Positions 39,026 through 49,165 of a DNA stretch of 64,000 nt are shown here, in pieces. Position numbers and translations under genes: made by a program. The notes below the pieces were generated by a model. That model saw nothing but the letters and a program-made list of their open reading frames with translations, was not told the origin of the DNA and ran no database searches. Numbering within the stretch: the stretch's first letter is position 1; each line of letters begins with the position of its first letter. The stretch comes from Acidobacteriota bacterium (GTDB lineage: Bacteria; Acidobacteriota; Thermoanaerobaculia; Multivoradales; JAHEKO01). The stretch spans positions 4,484 through 68,483 of the forward strand of contig JAOTWP010000005.1 in assembly GCA_029862975.1 (NCBI GenBank). The letters run 5' to 3'.

Positions 39026-40777
39026 CTAGTGGCGTGGATGGAGGGCGCGGCTGAGAGTTGCCTTTTCTTGCAGCAGGGAGCGAATCCTGTCGGTCTCCCC
39101 CCGCCGCTCGGCTTCGGCGATTTCCGCCGTCAATTCCCGCGCTCGTTGACGCTGCCAACGACGACGCAACAAGGCCAAGGCGGCGGATACAGCTCCGCCT
39201 TCCTGGCCAGCCGGTAATGATAGCTCACGCTGCACCAGGCGCGCAACCGTCGCGGAGTGCGGCCCGACCCGCGCGGCGAGCGCGCGGGGGTTGGGGCGCT
39301 CGCCCCGTGCCGCCAGCTCGCTCCAGGCCTCGTAGATCGCGCGGCAGGCGCCGTCGAAGAAGGCGGCGGGTGGCGGCAGCTCGGCGGCTGCGGGCTGCGC
39401 CCCGCCCACGAGGAGGAGGTGCAGGACGTTCTCCTCCTCGCTCTGCACGACGCCGTCGCGAGCCACGCCCTCGCCGGCCGCCGCCGTCGTCTCTTCCGCC
39501 GGCCCCAGCCCGCGCCACAGCAGCTCGACCGGCACCCCCAGCCGGTCTGCGGCCTGGCGGGCGTAGCCGTAGCGCAGCACGCCGTCGCGGATCGGCGCCA
39601 GCAGCTCGGCGATGCCGCGGGCGGCGGCGGCCCGCCGGCGCGGCTCGCGGGCCACCGCCGGCGGCGCCAGCCGCTCGAACTCGAGCACGACGGCATCGGG
39701 GGCCTGCTCGATCGCGGCCACGAGGGCGGCGGCGCCCTGCTCGCGCCGTAGCGAGTCGGGGTCGTGGCCGGCCCCGAAGCGCGGCCGCTTGACGCTCAGG
39801 TTCTCGGCCAGGAGCAGGGGCAGGGCGCGCTGCGCCGCCCGCTCGCCGGCCTCGTCGCCGTCGTAGCCGACGTAGACCTCCTCGGCGTAGCGGGAGAGCA
39901 GCCGCGCCTGCTGCGGCGTCAGGGCGGTGCCCATGCTGGCGACGACCCAGTCGATTCCCGCGGCGACGGCGCCGAGCAGGTCGAAGTAGCCCTCGACCAG
40001 GAGAGCGCGGCCGCCGTCGCGCAGCGCCCGCTTGCTCTGGTCCATGCCGTAGAGCAGGGAGCCCTTGTGGAAGCGGTCGGTCTCGGCCGTGTTGATGTAC
40101 TTGGCCGGGTCGTCGTCCAGGGCGCGGCCGCCGAAGCCGAGAAGCCGGCCGGAGAGGCTGTGGATGGGGAACATCAGCCGCTCGCGGAACCGGTCGTAGT
40201 GCTTGCCGGACTTCGGCGAGCGGGCGACGAGGCCGGCCGCCTCGAGGTCGCGCAGGGGGACGTCGTGCCGGAGCGCCGCGAGCAGGCTCTCCCAACCCGG
40301 CGGCGCGTAGCCAAGGCCGAAGCGGTCGACGAGCTCGGGCGCAAAGCCGCGCTCGGCGAGATAGCGGCGCGGTCCGGGTGTTGCGGCGAGCGCCGCGCGG
40401 AAGAAGGCCTGCGCGGCCTCGAGGGCGCGGTCGACGTCCGGCTCGTCGCGGCCGCCGCGCGGCGCCTGGCGGGTCGGCACGTCGATGCCGTAGCGCCGGG
40501 CCAGCGACTCGACCGCGGCCGGGAAGTCGTCCCCCGAGAGCCGCATGTGGAGGTCGATCGCGTCCCCTCCCTGGCCGCATCCGAAGCAGTAGTAGAGCCC
40601 CTGGACGGGCTCGACGCTGAAGGACGGCGTCTTCTCCTTGTGCAGCGGGCAGGAGCCCTTGTAGCGCGAGCCCGCTTTCTTGAGCCGGGTGTGGTCGGAG
40701 GCGATGTCGACGATCGACACCGCGTCGCGCACCGCCTGGACGAACTGCGGTGTCAGGTTGACGTTGCCGAGGGCCAT
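39026..40777 (-). CDS. dnaG: DNA primase DnaG
   Basis: Zinc ribbon [30 protein letters not shown] and Toprim ALLVEGYFD...[10 protein letters not shown]. Shows the dnaG-rpoD order. Confidence 0.95.
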   Translation of the reverse strand: MALGNVNLTPQFVQAVRDAVSIVDIASDHTRLKKAGSRYKGSCPLHKEKTPSFSVEPVQGLYYCFGCGQGGDAIDLHMRLSGDDFPAAVESLARRYGIDVPTRQAPRGGRDEPDVDRALEAAQAFFRAALAATPGPRRYLAERGFAPELVDRFGLGYAPPGWESLLAALRHDVPLRDLEAAGLVARSPKSGKHYDRFRERLMFPIHSLSGRLLGFGGRALDDDPAKYINTAETDRFHKGSLLYGMDQSKRALRDGGRALLVEGYFDLLGAVAAGIDWVVASMGTALTPQQARLLSRYAEEVYVGYDGDEAGERAAQRALPLLLAENLSVKRPRFGAGHDPDSLRREQGAAALVAAIEQAPDAVVLEFERLAPPAVAREPRRRAAAARGIAELLAPIRDGVLRYGYARQAADRLGVPVELLWRGLGPAEETTAAAGEGVARDGVVQSEEENVLHLLLVGGAQPAAAELPPPAAFFDGACRAIYEAWSELAARGERPNPRALAARVGPHSATVARLVQRELSLPAGQEGGAVSAALALLRRRWQRQRARELTAEIAEAERRGETDRIRSLLQEKATLSRALHPRH

Positions 40778-40790
40778 GGTGGGACCGGCC

Positions 40791-40799
40791 AGCCTATCA
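40791..40799 (-). promoter_or_regulatory. candidate extended -10 promoter (TGaTAGGCT) of dnaG
   Basis: The minus strand reads TGATAGGCT, then 13 nt, then ATG 40777, with no Shine-Dalgarno in between. Confidence 0.35.
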
Positions 40800-40822
40800 A
40801 GGCGGCCGCGAGCGCCGGCTCG

Positions 40823-42640
40823 CTAGCGGGACCCGGCGGCGGCCGCGGCGAGCAGGTCTCCGGCCCGGCGGGCGAGCTGTGCGTCGTCGCTCTCGGCGGC
40901 GACCCGTTCGAGCAGGGCCAGGCCGGCGCCGCGCTCGCCCGCCCCGAGGAGGTCGACGGCGCGGTTGAACGCGTCGGCCCACCGGTTGCGCTCGACGACC
41001 TCGCGCAGCCGCTCGGTCTGCTCGACGAGCTCGGCGTAGAGGGTCGGGTCCGGGGCCCGCGCGACCAGCTCCTCGAGCCCGGCAAGCAGCTGCGGATAGC
41101 TCTCGGGCGTCCGGTGGGCGCGGCGCAGGTGCTGGAGCTCGGCGTTGAAGAGAGCGTTCTCGGCGTCCGCCAGGGTTTCGGCCGTCGGCCGCACGGCGGG
41201 GCGGAGGAGCCAGTCGTAGGCCTGCCGGGCCTCAGCCACGAGGCCGGCCTGGGCGACGAGCGCGAGATGGGTCGAGAGGATGACGGCGTTGCGCGGCTGC
41301 AGCCGGACGGCGCGCGCCGAGGCCGCCACACCGGGGCTCGGGTCCTCGTCCCAGAAATGGGTCGCGCCGAAGCCGGAGAGGGCCGGCGCGAAGTCGGGGG
41401 CGAGCGCGGTGGCGCGCGCGAAGCTGGCCCGGGCCGCGGCGAGGAGCGCCCGCTGCGCCTCGTCGGGCGCGCCGGTGCGGGTCAGCCCCGCCTGCACCGC
41501 CTGCAGCAGGGCGAGGCCGTGGAGATCGAGCTGGAGGACGTCGTCCGGTCGGGAGACGAGAGCCTCGGCGAGCCACGCCGCGGCCTGCAGGAAGTCGCCG
41601 CGCCGCAGATCGAGCTCGGCGAAGCCGCGCAGGGCCGTCGCGTTGTCGGGCTCGAGGGCGAGGGCGGCGGCGAAACTCGCCGCGGCCGCCGCCTCCCCGC
41701 CGACGCCGCCGGCCAGGTGCACGAGGCCCAGGCGCGCGGCCGCCTCGGCCTCGGCGAGCGGCACGGGAACCCCCGTCGGCGCGGCGGCGAGGTCCTCGCC
41801 GGGCAGCACGAGGATCGCGAACGCGCCGCGGTCCACGTAGTGCTCGAGGTCGCGCTTCAGGCCGACGGTCGTCGTTCCGAACGCTGCCCGGTAGGCCTCG
41901 TCGGCGCTCTCGCCGTCCCGCAGGCGCCCGAGGAACGCGGCGACCTCGACGTGCAGGTCGTGCTGGCCGACGAGCAGGTAGTGCACGAACGCCCACGACT
42001 GGGCGTAGAAGACCCCCCGCCGCCGCTCCTCGGTGTAGTCCCGGGAGTCGCGGTTCGTGGCGAAGAGATCGCCGAGGGCGATGAGCCGGTTGCGGCCCAG
42101 GAAGTCGACGTGACGCGCCAGCGGATGGCCGATCTCGAGCCCCTCGGGCCCCCGGCGCAGCGTCGAGTAGAACTCCGCCAGCCCCTCGTTGAGCCACAGC
42201 GGCACGGCGGGAGTCGAGTTCTCGACGACGAAGTGCACGTACTCGTGGTACGCCACCTCGGTGCCGCCGGGCGACGAAGCGTCGACGGCGATGACGTTGG
42301 CCTGGCGGGTCGTCGCGAACCACCCCACGTTGCGCTCCCCGAGGCTGAAGTCGGCAAACCCGTCGCTCGAGCCAAAGAGATACACCTGGGTCGGCAACGG
42401 GCTCGCCACGGCCCCGTCGCCGAGCGTGCGGGCGACGAAGCTGCGGAACGTCTCGAGCTGGCGGGCGTAGCGCAGCGTCGTCTCGTCGCCGGCGTTGCTG
42501 TAGAACGTGAACGACGGCGTGTCGAGCCGGCTCCACCCCGCGAGCTCGCCGGCCGCGACGCCCGGCGCCGCCAGCGCCAGCGCCAGAACGCCGGCGCGGG
42601 CGAGGCGGCGGTGAAAGCTGCGGTCGGTGGCGGTCGGCAC
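40823..42640 (-). CDS. secreted MA-clan zinc metallopeptidase-like protein with a C-terminal TPR region
   Basis: Signal peptide (AGVLALALAAPGVAAGE), HExxH as YHEYVHF followed by NEGLAEFYS, and a long Ala/Leu-rich TPR-like C-terminus. GTG start. Confidence 0.7.
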   Translation of the reverse strand: MPTATDRSFHRRLARAGVLALALAAPGVAAGELAGWSRLDTPSFTFYSNAGDETTLRYARQLETFRSFVARTLGDGAVASPLPTQVYLFGSSDGFADFSLGERNVGWFATTRQANVIAVDASSPGGTEVAYHEYVHFVVENSTPAVPLWLNEGLAEFYSTLRRGPEGLEIGHPLARHVDFLGRNRLIALGDLFATNRDSRDYTEERRRGVFYAQSWAFVHYLLVGQHDLHVEVAAFLGRLRDGESADEAYRAAFGTTTVGLKRDLEHYVDRGAFAILVLPGEDLAAAPTGVPVPLAEAEAAARLGLVHLAGGVGGEAAAAASFAAALALEPDNATALRGFAELDLRRGDFLQAAAWLAEALVSRPDDVLQLDLHGLALLQAVQAGLTRTGAPDEAQRALLAAARASFARATALAPDFAPALSGFGATHFWDEDPSPGVAASARAVRLQPRNAVILSTHLALVAQAGLVAEARQAYDWLLRPAVRPTAETLADAENALFNAELQHLRRAHRTPESYPQLLAGLEELVARAPDPTLYAELVEQTERLREVVERNRWADAFNRAVDLLGAGERGAGLALLERVAAESDDAQLARRAGDLLAAAAAGSR

Positions 42641-42649
42641 GGGACCTAA

Positions 42650-42658
42650 GTTCTATCA
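42650..42658 (-). promoter_or_regulatory. candidate extended -10 element (TGaTAGAAC) 9 nt upstream of the peptidase GTG
   Basis: The minus strand reads TGATAGAAC-ttaggtccc-GTG with no Shine-Dalgarno. The hexamer lacks the usual final T, so this is a weak call. Confidence 0.3.
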
Positions 42659-42957
42659 GAAGGACTCCCGATTCCGGCCAGCCGGGGGAGTACGGAGGGG
42701 CGAAGGGTCGGCAGGTCACGGTGTGGCTAGCCGTCGAGCTCGACCGTCGATCCATCGCATGCCGTAGAGGTGCGCGCCCCGCGGCCCGTTCGCTGCCGTA
42801 GATCAGATGTCCGCCAAGGAGTAACGAATCCCGCCCGCGGGCGCCCATCTGTTGCGAAGACGGCCCCTCTTGGCCCCCGCCCGCTCCGTCGCCCCATCGC
42901 GGCCCGCGGGCGGGGGTCGTTTTCGCGCCGCGGCGGCCCGCGTCGCGGTGGCCCCGG

Positions 42958-45363
42958 TCAGGGCTTGAGGGTCACCACCGTGGCGCCGTCGCCGCCCTCG
43001 CCGTCGCCGCCGGGGCGGTGGGCGGCGACCGCGCGGTGGGTGGCGAGGTGGCGGCGGACGGCGCTCCTGAGGCGGCCGCTGCCGTGGCCGTGGACGACGC
43101 GGACCTCGTCGCTGCCGGCGAGGATGGCGCGGTCGAGGTAGCGGTCGAGCTCGGCGAGCGCCTCCTCGACGCGGCGGCCGAGGAGCTCGAGCTCGGGGGC
43201 GAGCTCGGGGGCCGGCGGGCGGCGGGGCGCGGCGCGCGGGCTCGCGCTGCCCCTCGCCGCCTCGGCGTCTGCGTCGTCCGCCAGCGCGACGAGGTCCGCC
43301 GCGGGGCAGCGCATGCGCTTGCCGCCCACGGTCACCTCGGCCCGCCCGCGGGCGAGCTTGGCGAGCCGTCCCTCCCAGCCCTGGGCGCGGTGCCGGACCC
43401 GGGCGCCGGGGGCCAGGGGGCCGGCGACCACGTCGTCGCGGGCACTGGCGGTCAGCTCCTCCGGCGGCGCGCTCAGCAGCCGCTCGGCGGCGGCGGCGGC
43501 GATGCCGCGGCGCTTGCCGCTCGCCAGCTCCTCGCGCATTCGCGCTTCGGCGTCGCGCAGCTGGCCGCGCACCCGGCGCTCGAACTCGGCGAGCTCGCGG
43601 GCCAGGCGCCGCGCCACCTTGCGGCGCTCGGTCTCGAGCTCGTCGCGCTCCGCCTCGGCGGCGGCCCGCGCCGCCGCGAGGTCGTGGCGCTCGCCGGCCG
43701 CCGCGTCGAGCTGCGCGGCGAGCTCGCGGCGGGTGCGCTCGACGTCCGCGAGCAGCCGCTGGAGCTGTCGCCGCTCGGGATCGAGCTGCTCGGTGGCGCG
43801 GGCGAGCCAGGCGGCCGGCAGGCCCAGGCGGCGGGCCAGCGCCAGCGCCTCGCTGGCGCCCGGCGCGCCGGGCACGAGGCGGAAGGTCGGGCGGCCGGTC
43901 GCGCCGTCGAACTCCATCGCGGCACAGCCGGCGCCGTCGGTCTCGAGCGCCGTGGCGGCGAGGCGGGTGAGGTGGGTGGTCACGAGGGCGAGGGCGCGAC
44001 GGCGGCCGAGCTCCTCGAGCAGAGCGGTGGCCAAGGCCGCGCCCTCGTCGGGATCGGTGCCGGAGCCGAGCTCGTCGAGCAGCACCAGCGAGTCCTCCCC
44101 TGCCGCCTCCCAGGCCTCGCGCAGGCGCAGCAGGCGGGCGCTGAACGTCGAGCGCTCGCTCAGCAGGTCCTGCTCGTCGCCGACGGTGGCGACGAGGCGG
44201 CGCAGGAGCGGCAGCCGGGTGCCGGCGGCGGCGGGCACCGGCAGGCCGCACTGCGCCGCGAGGGTAAGCAGGCCGGCCGTCTTGAGCGCCACCGTCTTGC
44301 CGCCGGCGTTGGGACCGGTGATCACCAGCATCCGCTGCTCGCGGTCGAGCTCGAGGTCGAGCGCCACGATCGCCTCGCGATGGCCCGCGGTGCCGAGCGC
44401 CCGCAGCCGCAGATCGGCGAGCGCCGGATCGAGCAGCGGGTGGCGCGCCGCGCAGAGCCGTAGCTCGCCCGCCGCGGCGACGCCGGCCAGGCGGGCGCCG
44501 GCGAGCTCGGCGAAGCGGCAGGCGGCCTGCAGCAGGTCGACCTCGGCGACGAGCGCGGCCGCCTCGCGGACCGCCGGCGCGGCCTGCCGCAGGCCGGCGA
44601 CGAGCTCGGCCAGCAGGCGCGCGCGCTCGGCCTCCTCGTCGTCGATCGCGGCGCGCAGGCGGTTGTTGGCCGGGACGGCGTCGAGGGGCTCGAAGTAGAG
44701 GCTGCGGCCGCTGCCCGAGCGGCCGTGGACGAGGCCGTCGAGCTGCCCGCGAGCGCCGCTTTTCACCAGCAGGACGAGGCGCCCGTCGTGCAGCGGGATG
44801 GTCTCCTCGCTCAAGTGCTCGGCGTAGCGGGACACCGACTGCTGGAGATCCTGGTAGAGGCCGTCCCGCACCTCGCGCACCTCGTGCCGCAAGCGGGCGA
44901 GCGCGGGCGACGCGTCGTCGCGCACCCGGCCGCGGGCGTCGAGCACCCGCGCCACGCGGTCGAGCCACGGCCGGGAGTCGGGAAGCGCGTCGAAGAGCGC
45001 GGCGAGCCGCGGCGTGGCCGTGCCGCGGGTCTCCCCGACCCGGCGGGCGGCCCGGCCGGCGGCGCGCAGCAGGTCCGCGGCCTGCAGGACGTCGGCCCCG
45101 TCGAGCAGCGCCCGCGGCTCGGCGAGGCGCTCGAGCAGAGGCGCGACGGCGCTTTCGAGAGCGCCGACGAGGACGCCGTCGACGAGCGCCACGCGGGTCT
45201 CGGCGAAGAGCTCGCGCCGCGCCCCGAGCTCGGCCTCCGAGGCGGCGGGCGCGAGCGCCAGGATCCGGGCCCGGCCGACGTCGGTCGCAGCCAGCTCGGC
45301 GAAGAGGCGCAGCAGTGCCGGCAGCTCGAGGGCCGCGAGGGTGGCCGGCGAGGCGTCGAACAT
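42958..45363 (-). CDS. mutS2: endonuclease MutS2 (MutS domain V ATPase + C-terminal Smr)
   Basis: Walker A ITGPNAGGKT, LLDELGSGTDP and a C-terminal Smr domain (LELLGRRVEEALAELDRYLD...VRVVHGHGSGRLR). Confidence 0.93.
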   Translation of the reverse strand: MFDASPATLAALELPALLRLFAELAATDVGRARILALAPAASEAELGARRELFAETRVALVDGVLVGALESAVAPLLERLAEPRALLDGADVLQAADLLRAAGRAARRVGETRGTATPRLAALFDALPDSRPWLDRVARVLDARGRVRDDASPALARLRHEVREVRDGLYQDLQQSVSRYAEHLSEETIPLHDGRLVLLVKSGARGQLDGLVHGRSGSGRSLYFEPLDAVPANNRLRAAIDDEEAERARLLAELVAGLRQAAPAVREAAALVAEVDLLQAACRFAELAGARLAGVAAAGELRLCAARHPLLDPALADLRLRALGTAGHREAIVALDLELDREQRMLVITGPNAGGKTVALKTAGLLTLAAQCGLPVPAAAGTRLPLLRRLVATVGDEQDLLSERSTFSARLLRLREAWEAAGEDSLVLLDELGSGTDPDEGAALATALLEELGRRRALALVTTHLTRLAATALETDGAGCAAMEFDGATGRPTFRLVPGAPGASEALALARRLGLPAAWLARATEQLDPERRQLQRLLADVERTRRELAAQLDAAAGERHDLAAARAAAEAERDELETERRKVARRLARELAEFERRVRGQLRDAEARMREELASGKRRGIAAAAAERLLSAPPEELTASARDDVVAGPLAPGARVRHRAQGWEGRLAKLARGRAEVTVGGKRMRCPAADLVALADDADAEAARGSASPRAAPRRPPAPELAPELELLGRRVEEALAELDRYLDRAILAGSDEVRVVHGHGSGRLRSAVRRHLATHRAVAAHRPGGDGEGGDGATVVTLKP

Positions 45364-45529
45364 CGAAGGGTCCCTTCCCGCCCCGTGCCGCGCGTCGAGG
45401 GCGCGCGGCCCGGGGCGCGCCTACTCTAGCTCGGCGTGACGCTGCCGCGGCGCTTGTCGACGCGTGTCAAGACTCGATAGAAACGTCCCCTTCCCCGTCG
45501 TCGACGCGGCGGTGCCGGCGCGTCGAGAG

Positions 45530-45538
45530 TGATAGCCT
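45530..45538 (+). promoter_or_regulatory. candidate extended -10 promoter (TGaTAGCCT) giving a leaderless or near-leaderless mRNA
   Basis: TGATAGCCT, then 9 nt, then ATG 45548, with no Shine-Dalgarno. Confidence 0.4.
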
Positions 45539-45547
45539 GAAACGAGC

Positions 45548-46816
45548 ATGGGACGGAGGGCTCGAGCGCTCGCGCTCTGCGCGGCGATCTGCGGGGCCGC
45601 ACTCCTGGGTCAGGAAGGGGTCGCCGCCGCCGGCGCCGGCACGCCGGTGCCCGACGGCGGTGAGTTCGTCATCGCGTCGCTCGACTACAGCACGGGCCGC
45701 GGTGCCGCCGTCGACGAGGACGGCAACTACCTGGTGCTCTGGTACCAGTTCTTCGGCGGCTATTCGGGGCGTGGCTACTCGGCCGCGGGGACGCCGGACT
45801 CCGGGTTCAACGTCGAGCCCTACGGGCCGAACGCCACCTTCGATCCGATGGACGTCGCCAACCTCGGAGGCGACGACTTCGCGATCGTCTGGGAGGACGC
45901 GTTCGAAGGGCTGCGCGGCCGCCGCTATCGGCGCGACGGCACGCCGCTGGCCCCCTTCTTCGAGATCGCCGGCTCCCAAGGCGGCACCCTCGCCCACGTC
46001 GAGCCGGCGGTGGCGCGCTGGCGGCCGTCGTCCGGGCTCCTCGCCGTCTGGGCCAGCACCGACCCCGCCGGCGGCGGCGACGACGACGGCTTCGGCATCC
46101 TGCTGCGGGCGCTCGACCCGGGGGGCTCGGGGGGGCCGCCCTTTGCCGTCAACACCTACACGACGGGCAACCAGGGTGCGCCGGAGATCGAATCCGCCCC
46201 CGACGGCAGCGTGCTCGTCGTCTGGGAGAGCGCCGGCTCGCCGGGCGACGACGGCTCCGGCCGCAGCGTCCAGGGGCGGTGGTTTCCCGCCGTCGGCCCG
46301 CCGGGGCCGCAGTTCCAGGTCAACACCCACACCCCGGCCGACCAGCGCCGGCCGGCCGTCGCCATGGCGCCGGACGGCAGCGCCCTCGTCGCGTGGGACG
46401 GCCCGTCGGCCGGCGACGACACCGACAAGAGCATCCAGGGCCGGCTGGTGGACGCCCAGGGTAGCCCCGTGGGCAGCGACTTCCAGATCAACACCACGAT
46501 CCTCGGCCTCCAGTTCGAGCCCGCCGTGGCGCCGCGGCGCGGCGGCGGCTTCCACGTCGCGTGGCGCGACTCGACGGGCGTCTTCGTCCAGGCGGTCGCC
46601 GCCGACGGATCGTTGCTGGGCAGCGAGGTGATGGTGAACACCTCGGAGAACGAAAGCTACGGCCCGCCGGCGTTGGCCGGCGGCGCGCTGGGCCGTTTCC
46701 TCGTCGCCTGGACGGACGACATCGGCCCCTTCCGCGGCCAGCGGTTCCGCGAGGGAGTGTTCGCGGACGGCTTCGAGTCCGGCGACACGGCGGCGTGGTC
46801 CACGACCGTCCCCTGA
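45548..46816 (+). CDS. secreted protein built from seven ~50-aa repeats (beta-propeller-like), function unknown
   Basis: Signal peptide MGRRARALALCAAICGAALLG. Seven modules share the pattern F.(V/I)N....(~15 aa)..DG.(F/L).V.W... starting near aa 40, 87, 137, 199, 256, 312 and 361. C-terminal FADGFESGDTAAWS. Confidence 0.7.
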   Translation: MGRRARALALCAAICGAALLGQEGVAAAGAGTPVPDGGEFVIASLDYSTGRGAAVDEDGNYLVLWYQFFGGYSGRGYSAAGTPDSGFNVEPYGPNATFDPMDVANLGGDDFAIVWEDAFEGLRGRRYRRDGTPLAPFFEIAGSQGGTLAHVEPAVARWRPSSGLLAVWASTDPAGGGDDDGFGILLRALDPGGSGGPPFAVNTYTTGNQGAPEIESAPDGSVLVVWESAGSPGDDGSGRSVQGRWFPAVGPPGPQFQVNTHTPADQRRPAVAMAPDGSALVAWDGPSAGDDTDKSIQGRLVDAQGSPVGSDFQINTTILGLQFEPAVAPRRGGGFHVAWRDSTGVFVQAVAADGSLLGSEVMVNTSENESYGPPALAGGALGRFLVAWTDDIGPFRGQRFREGVFADGFESGDTAAWSTTVP

Positions 46817-46867
46817 CGGCGACCGCCGCGCGGTCGTGGTGCGAGGCCGCGGGGTGGCGGGCCGGGA

Positions 46868-47104
46868 TCAGCCCCTCGGCGTCACGTCCTTGATCGGCGG
46901 CTTGCCCTCGCCCGGCGGCTCGACCTTCTTTTGCAGCGAGCCGAGCACCAGGGTGCCGATCGCCAGGAGGATCTCGTCGATGAAGGGCAGGAAGTCGGGG
47001 AACACGAGGTCGAAGAGGAAGAGCCCCGCCGCCAGCATGAAGAGCTGGGGGAACTTGAGACGCGCGAGGTAGCCCTGGATGAAGGAGCTCGGCGGGGCCG
47101 TCAT
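46868..47104 (-). CDS. small membrane protein (78 aa), unknown function
   Basis: ATG 47104 overlaps the lipid-kinase stop (ATGA). Has one or two hydrophobic helices (FPQLFMLAAGLFLFDLVFPDFLPFIDEILLAIGTLVLG). Confidence 0.6.
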   Translation of the reverse strand: MTAPPSSFIQGYLARLKFPQLFMLAAGLFLFDLVFPDFLPFIDEILLAIGTLVLGSLQKKVEPPGEGKPPIKDVTPRG

Positions 47105-48003
47105 CGTGGGCTCATGATAGTCGAGGGCGCGAGGATTCGCAGCCGCTGCCCGGCGAGGCGGATCTCCGTGCCGAGGCGGTTGGCGATCGGGTCGCCGTCG
47201 ATCTGGAGGGCGACGTCGGGATCGAGGATCACCACCTCGACGGCCTTGAGCACGGAGACGTCGTCGCGCTCGAGGTGCCGCCCGGCCAGCACGTCGCGGA
47301 CGAAGGCGAGCGTCGCGCGGCGGCCGGCGCCGCGGAAGAGGACGACGTCGAGCAGCCCGTCGTCGGGCCGGGCGCCGGGGGCGAGCCGCGCGTCGCCGCC
47401 GTAGAACGCCAGGTTGCAGGCCGCGGCGAACGTGGCGCCGACCGAGTGGCCGTCGACCAGGAGCTCGAACTCGGCGTCGTCGTGACGCCACCAGGCGCCG
47501 AGGCCGGCGAGGACGACCGCGGCGCGCCCGAGCCAACGCTTGGCCAGCGGCGAGACGGCGCGCAGGGCCCGGGCGTCGAGCCCGAGGGAGGCTTGCATGA
47601 GGAAGATCTCGTCGCCGCAGCGGCCGACGTCGATCGCCAGCGCCGGCAGGCCCTTGAGCGCCCTGGCCGCGGCCAGCGGCTCGGCCGGCAGCCCGAGCGC
47701 CCGGGCGACGACGTTGGCGGTGCCCCCCGGCAGCACCCCCAGCACCGTGTCGCTGCCGAGCAGGCCGGCCGCGGCCTCGCGCAGCGTGCCGTCGCCGCCG
47801 AGCGCGAAGACGATGGGCGCGCCCGCGGCGCTGGCCTCGCGGGCCAGCGCCGTCGCGTCGCCGCGCCCCCGGGTGGCGTGGGCCTCGATCGGCGGCCCGT
47901 CGGTCGCGAGCTCGCGCACGAGGTCGGCGACCAGGCGCTCCTTCGGCCAGCGCCCCGCCCTGGGGTTGTAGACGAGGATCGCCGGCGGCCCGGGCGACGG
48001 CAT
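47101..48003 (-). CDS. diacylglycerol kinase catalytic-domain family lipid kinase (YegS/BmrU-like)
   Basis: LVYNPRAGR...ALGGDGTLREAA...LGVLPGGTANVVARALGLP. Confidence 0.85.
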   Translation of the reverse strand: MPSPGPPAILVYNPRAGRWPKERLVADLVRELATDGPPIEAHATRGRGDATALAREASAAGAPIVFALGGDGTLREAAAGLLGSDTVLGVLPGGTANVVARALGLPAEPLAAARALKGLPALAIDVGRCGDEIFLMQASLGLDARALRAVSPLAKRWLGRAAVVLAGLGAWWRHDDAEFELLVDGHSVGATFAAACNLAFYGGDARLAPGARPDDGLLDVVLFRGAGRRATLAFVRDVLAGRHLERDDVSVLKAVEVVILDPDVALQIDGDPIANRLGTEIRLAGQRLRILAPSTIMSPR

Positions 48004-48017
48004 GGGCGCCCGGGCGG

Positions 48018-49052
48018 CTAGAAGAGCCGGCCGCTCATCCCCGGGGGCGGCTTGACGCCCAGGTGCTCGTAGGCGCGGTGGGTGGCGACGCGGCCGCGCG
48101 GCGTGCGCTGCAGGAAGCCCTCCTGGATGAGGTAGGGCTCGTAGAGATCCTCGAGCGTGCCGCGGTCCTCGCCCACCGCCGCCGCCAGGGCCTGGATTCC
48201 CGCCGGCCCGCCCTGATAGTGCTCGATCAGGGTGCTCAGGATCTTGCGGTCGACCTCGTCGAAGCCGAACTGGTCGACCTCGAGCAGCGCCAGCGCCTGG
48301 CGGGCGCTCTCGAGGTCGATGCGATCGCCGGCGTGGACCTGGGCGTAGTCGCGAACCCGCCGCAGCAGCCGGTTGGCGACGCGCGGCGTGCCGCGGCTGC
48401 GCCGCGCCAGCTCGAGCGCCCCGGCCTCGTCGATCGCGACCCCGAGCAGGCGGGCCGACCGCCTGACGATGGTCGCCAGATGGACCGGCTCGTAGAAGTC
48501 GAGGCGGTGAACGATGCCGAAGCGCGAGCGCAAGGGCGCGGTGATCAAGCCGGCCCGGGTCGTGGCGCCGACCAGGGTGAAGCGCGGCAGGTCGATCTTC
48601 ATCGTCCGCGCCGCCGGCCCCTGGCCGAGGACGAGATCGAGGTGGAAGTCCTCGAGCGCCGGATAGAGGATCTCCTCGACGGTCGCGCCCAGCCGGTGGA
48701 TCTCGTCGATGAACTGCACCTGGCCGGCCTCGAGGTTGGTGAGGATCGCCGCCAGATCCCCCGCCCGCTCGAGCACCGGCCCCGAGGTGGCGCCGATCTT
48801 GGCCCCCATCTCGCGGGCGATGATGTGCGCGAGAGTCGTCTTGCCGAGCCCCGGCGGACCGAAGAGAAGCACGTGGTCGAGCGCCTCGCCGCGCTCCCGG
48901 GCGGCCTGGATGAAGAGCCGCATCTTCTCCACCACCTTTACCTGGCCGATGTACTCGTCGAGCGTCTTCGGCCGCAAGGACACCTCGAACCCGAGGTCCT
49001 CGTCGCTGGGAGCCCCTGAGAGCAGCTGCCGCTCGATGGTCACGGGGAGCAT
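48018..49052 (-). CDS. ruvB: Holliday junction branch migration helicase RuvB
   Basis: [12 protein letters not shown], Walker [12 protein letters not shown] and DEIHRL. Start ATG 49052 was preferred over GTG 49112 by N-terminal length comparison, but it is uncertain. Confidence 0.93.
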   Translation of the reverse strand: MLPVTIERQLLSGAPSDEDLGFEVSLRPKTLDEYIGQVKVVEKMRLFIQAARERGEALDHVLLFGPPGLGKTTLAHIIAREMGAKIGATSGPVLERAGDLAAILTNLEAGQVQFIDEIHRLGATVEEILYPALEDFHLDLVLGQGPAARTMKIDLPRFTLVGATTRAGLITAPLRSRFGIVHRLDFYEPVHLATIVRRSARLLGVAIDEAGALELARRSRGTPRVANRLLRRVRDYAQVHAGDRIDLESARQALALLEVDQFGFDEVDRKILSTLIEHYQGGPAGIQALAAAVGEDRGTLEDLYEPYLIQEGFLQRTPRGRVATHRAYEHLGVKPPPGMSGRLF

Positions 49053-49165
49053 TGTAGCCGCGATGGCCGGCAGCGCCGCGTCTCCCCGCGACCCTCCCCG
49101 GACGGCCGGCACCGCGCGCCGGCGCTCGGGGCCGCAGCCGGCCGCGCGGCGCGGCGTCTCGCGCT

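Noticed and set aside
42830-42914. 13-bp inverted repeat (CCCGCCCGCGGGC / GCCCGCGGGCGGG) and a plus-strand terminator-like GCCCGCGGGC-GGGGTCGTTTT in the mutS2-peptidase spacer; possible plus-strand sRNA
   Set aside because: Both arms are themselves GC-only palindromes of a kind abundant in this genome. I found no promoter for a plus-strand transcript, and the overlapping 123-aa ORF (42770-43141) is Arg/Pro-rich junk. Worth a look in RNA-seq data but not supportable from sequence.
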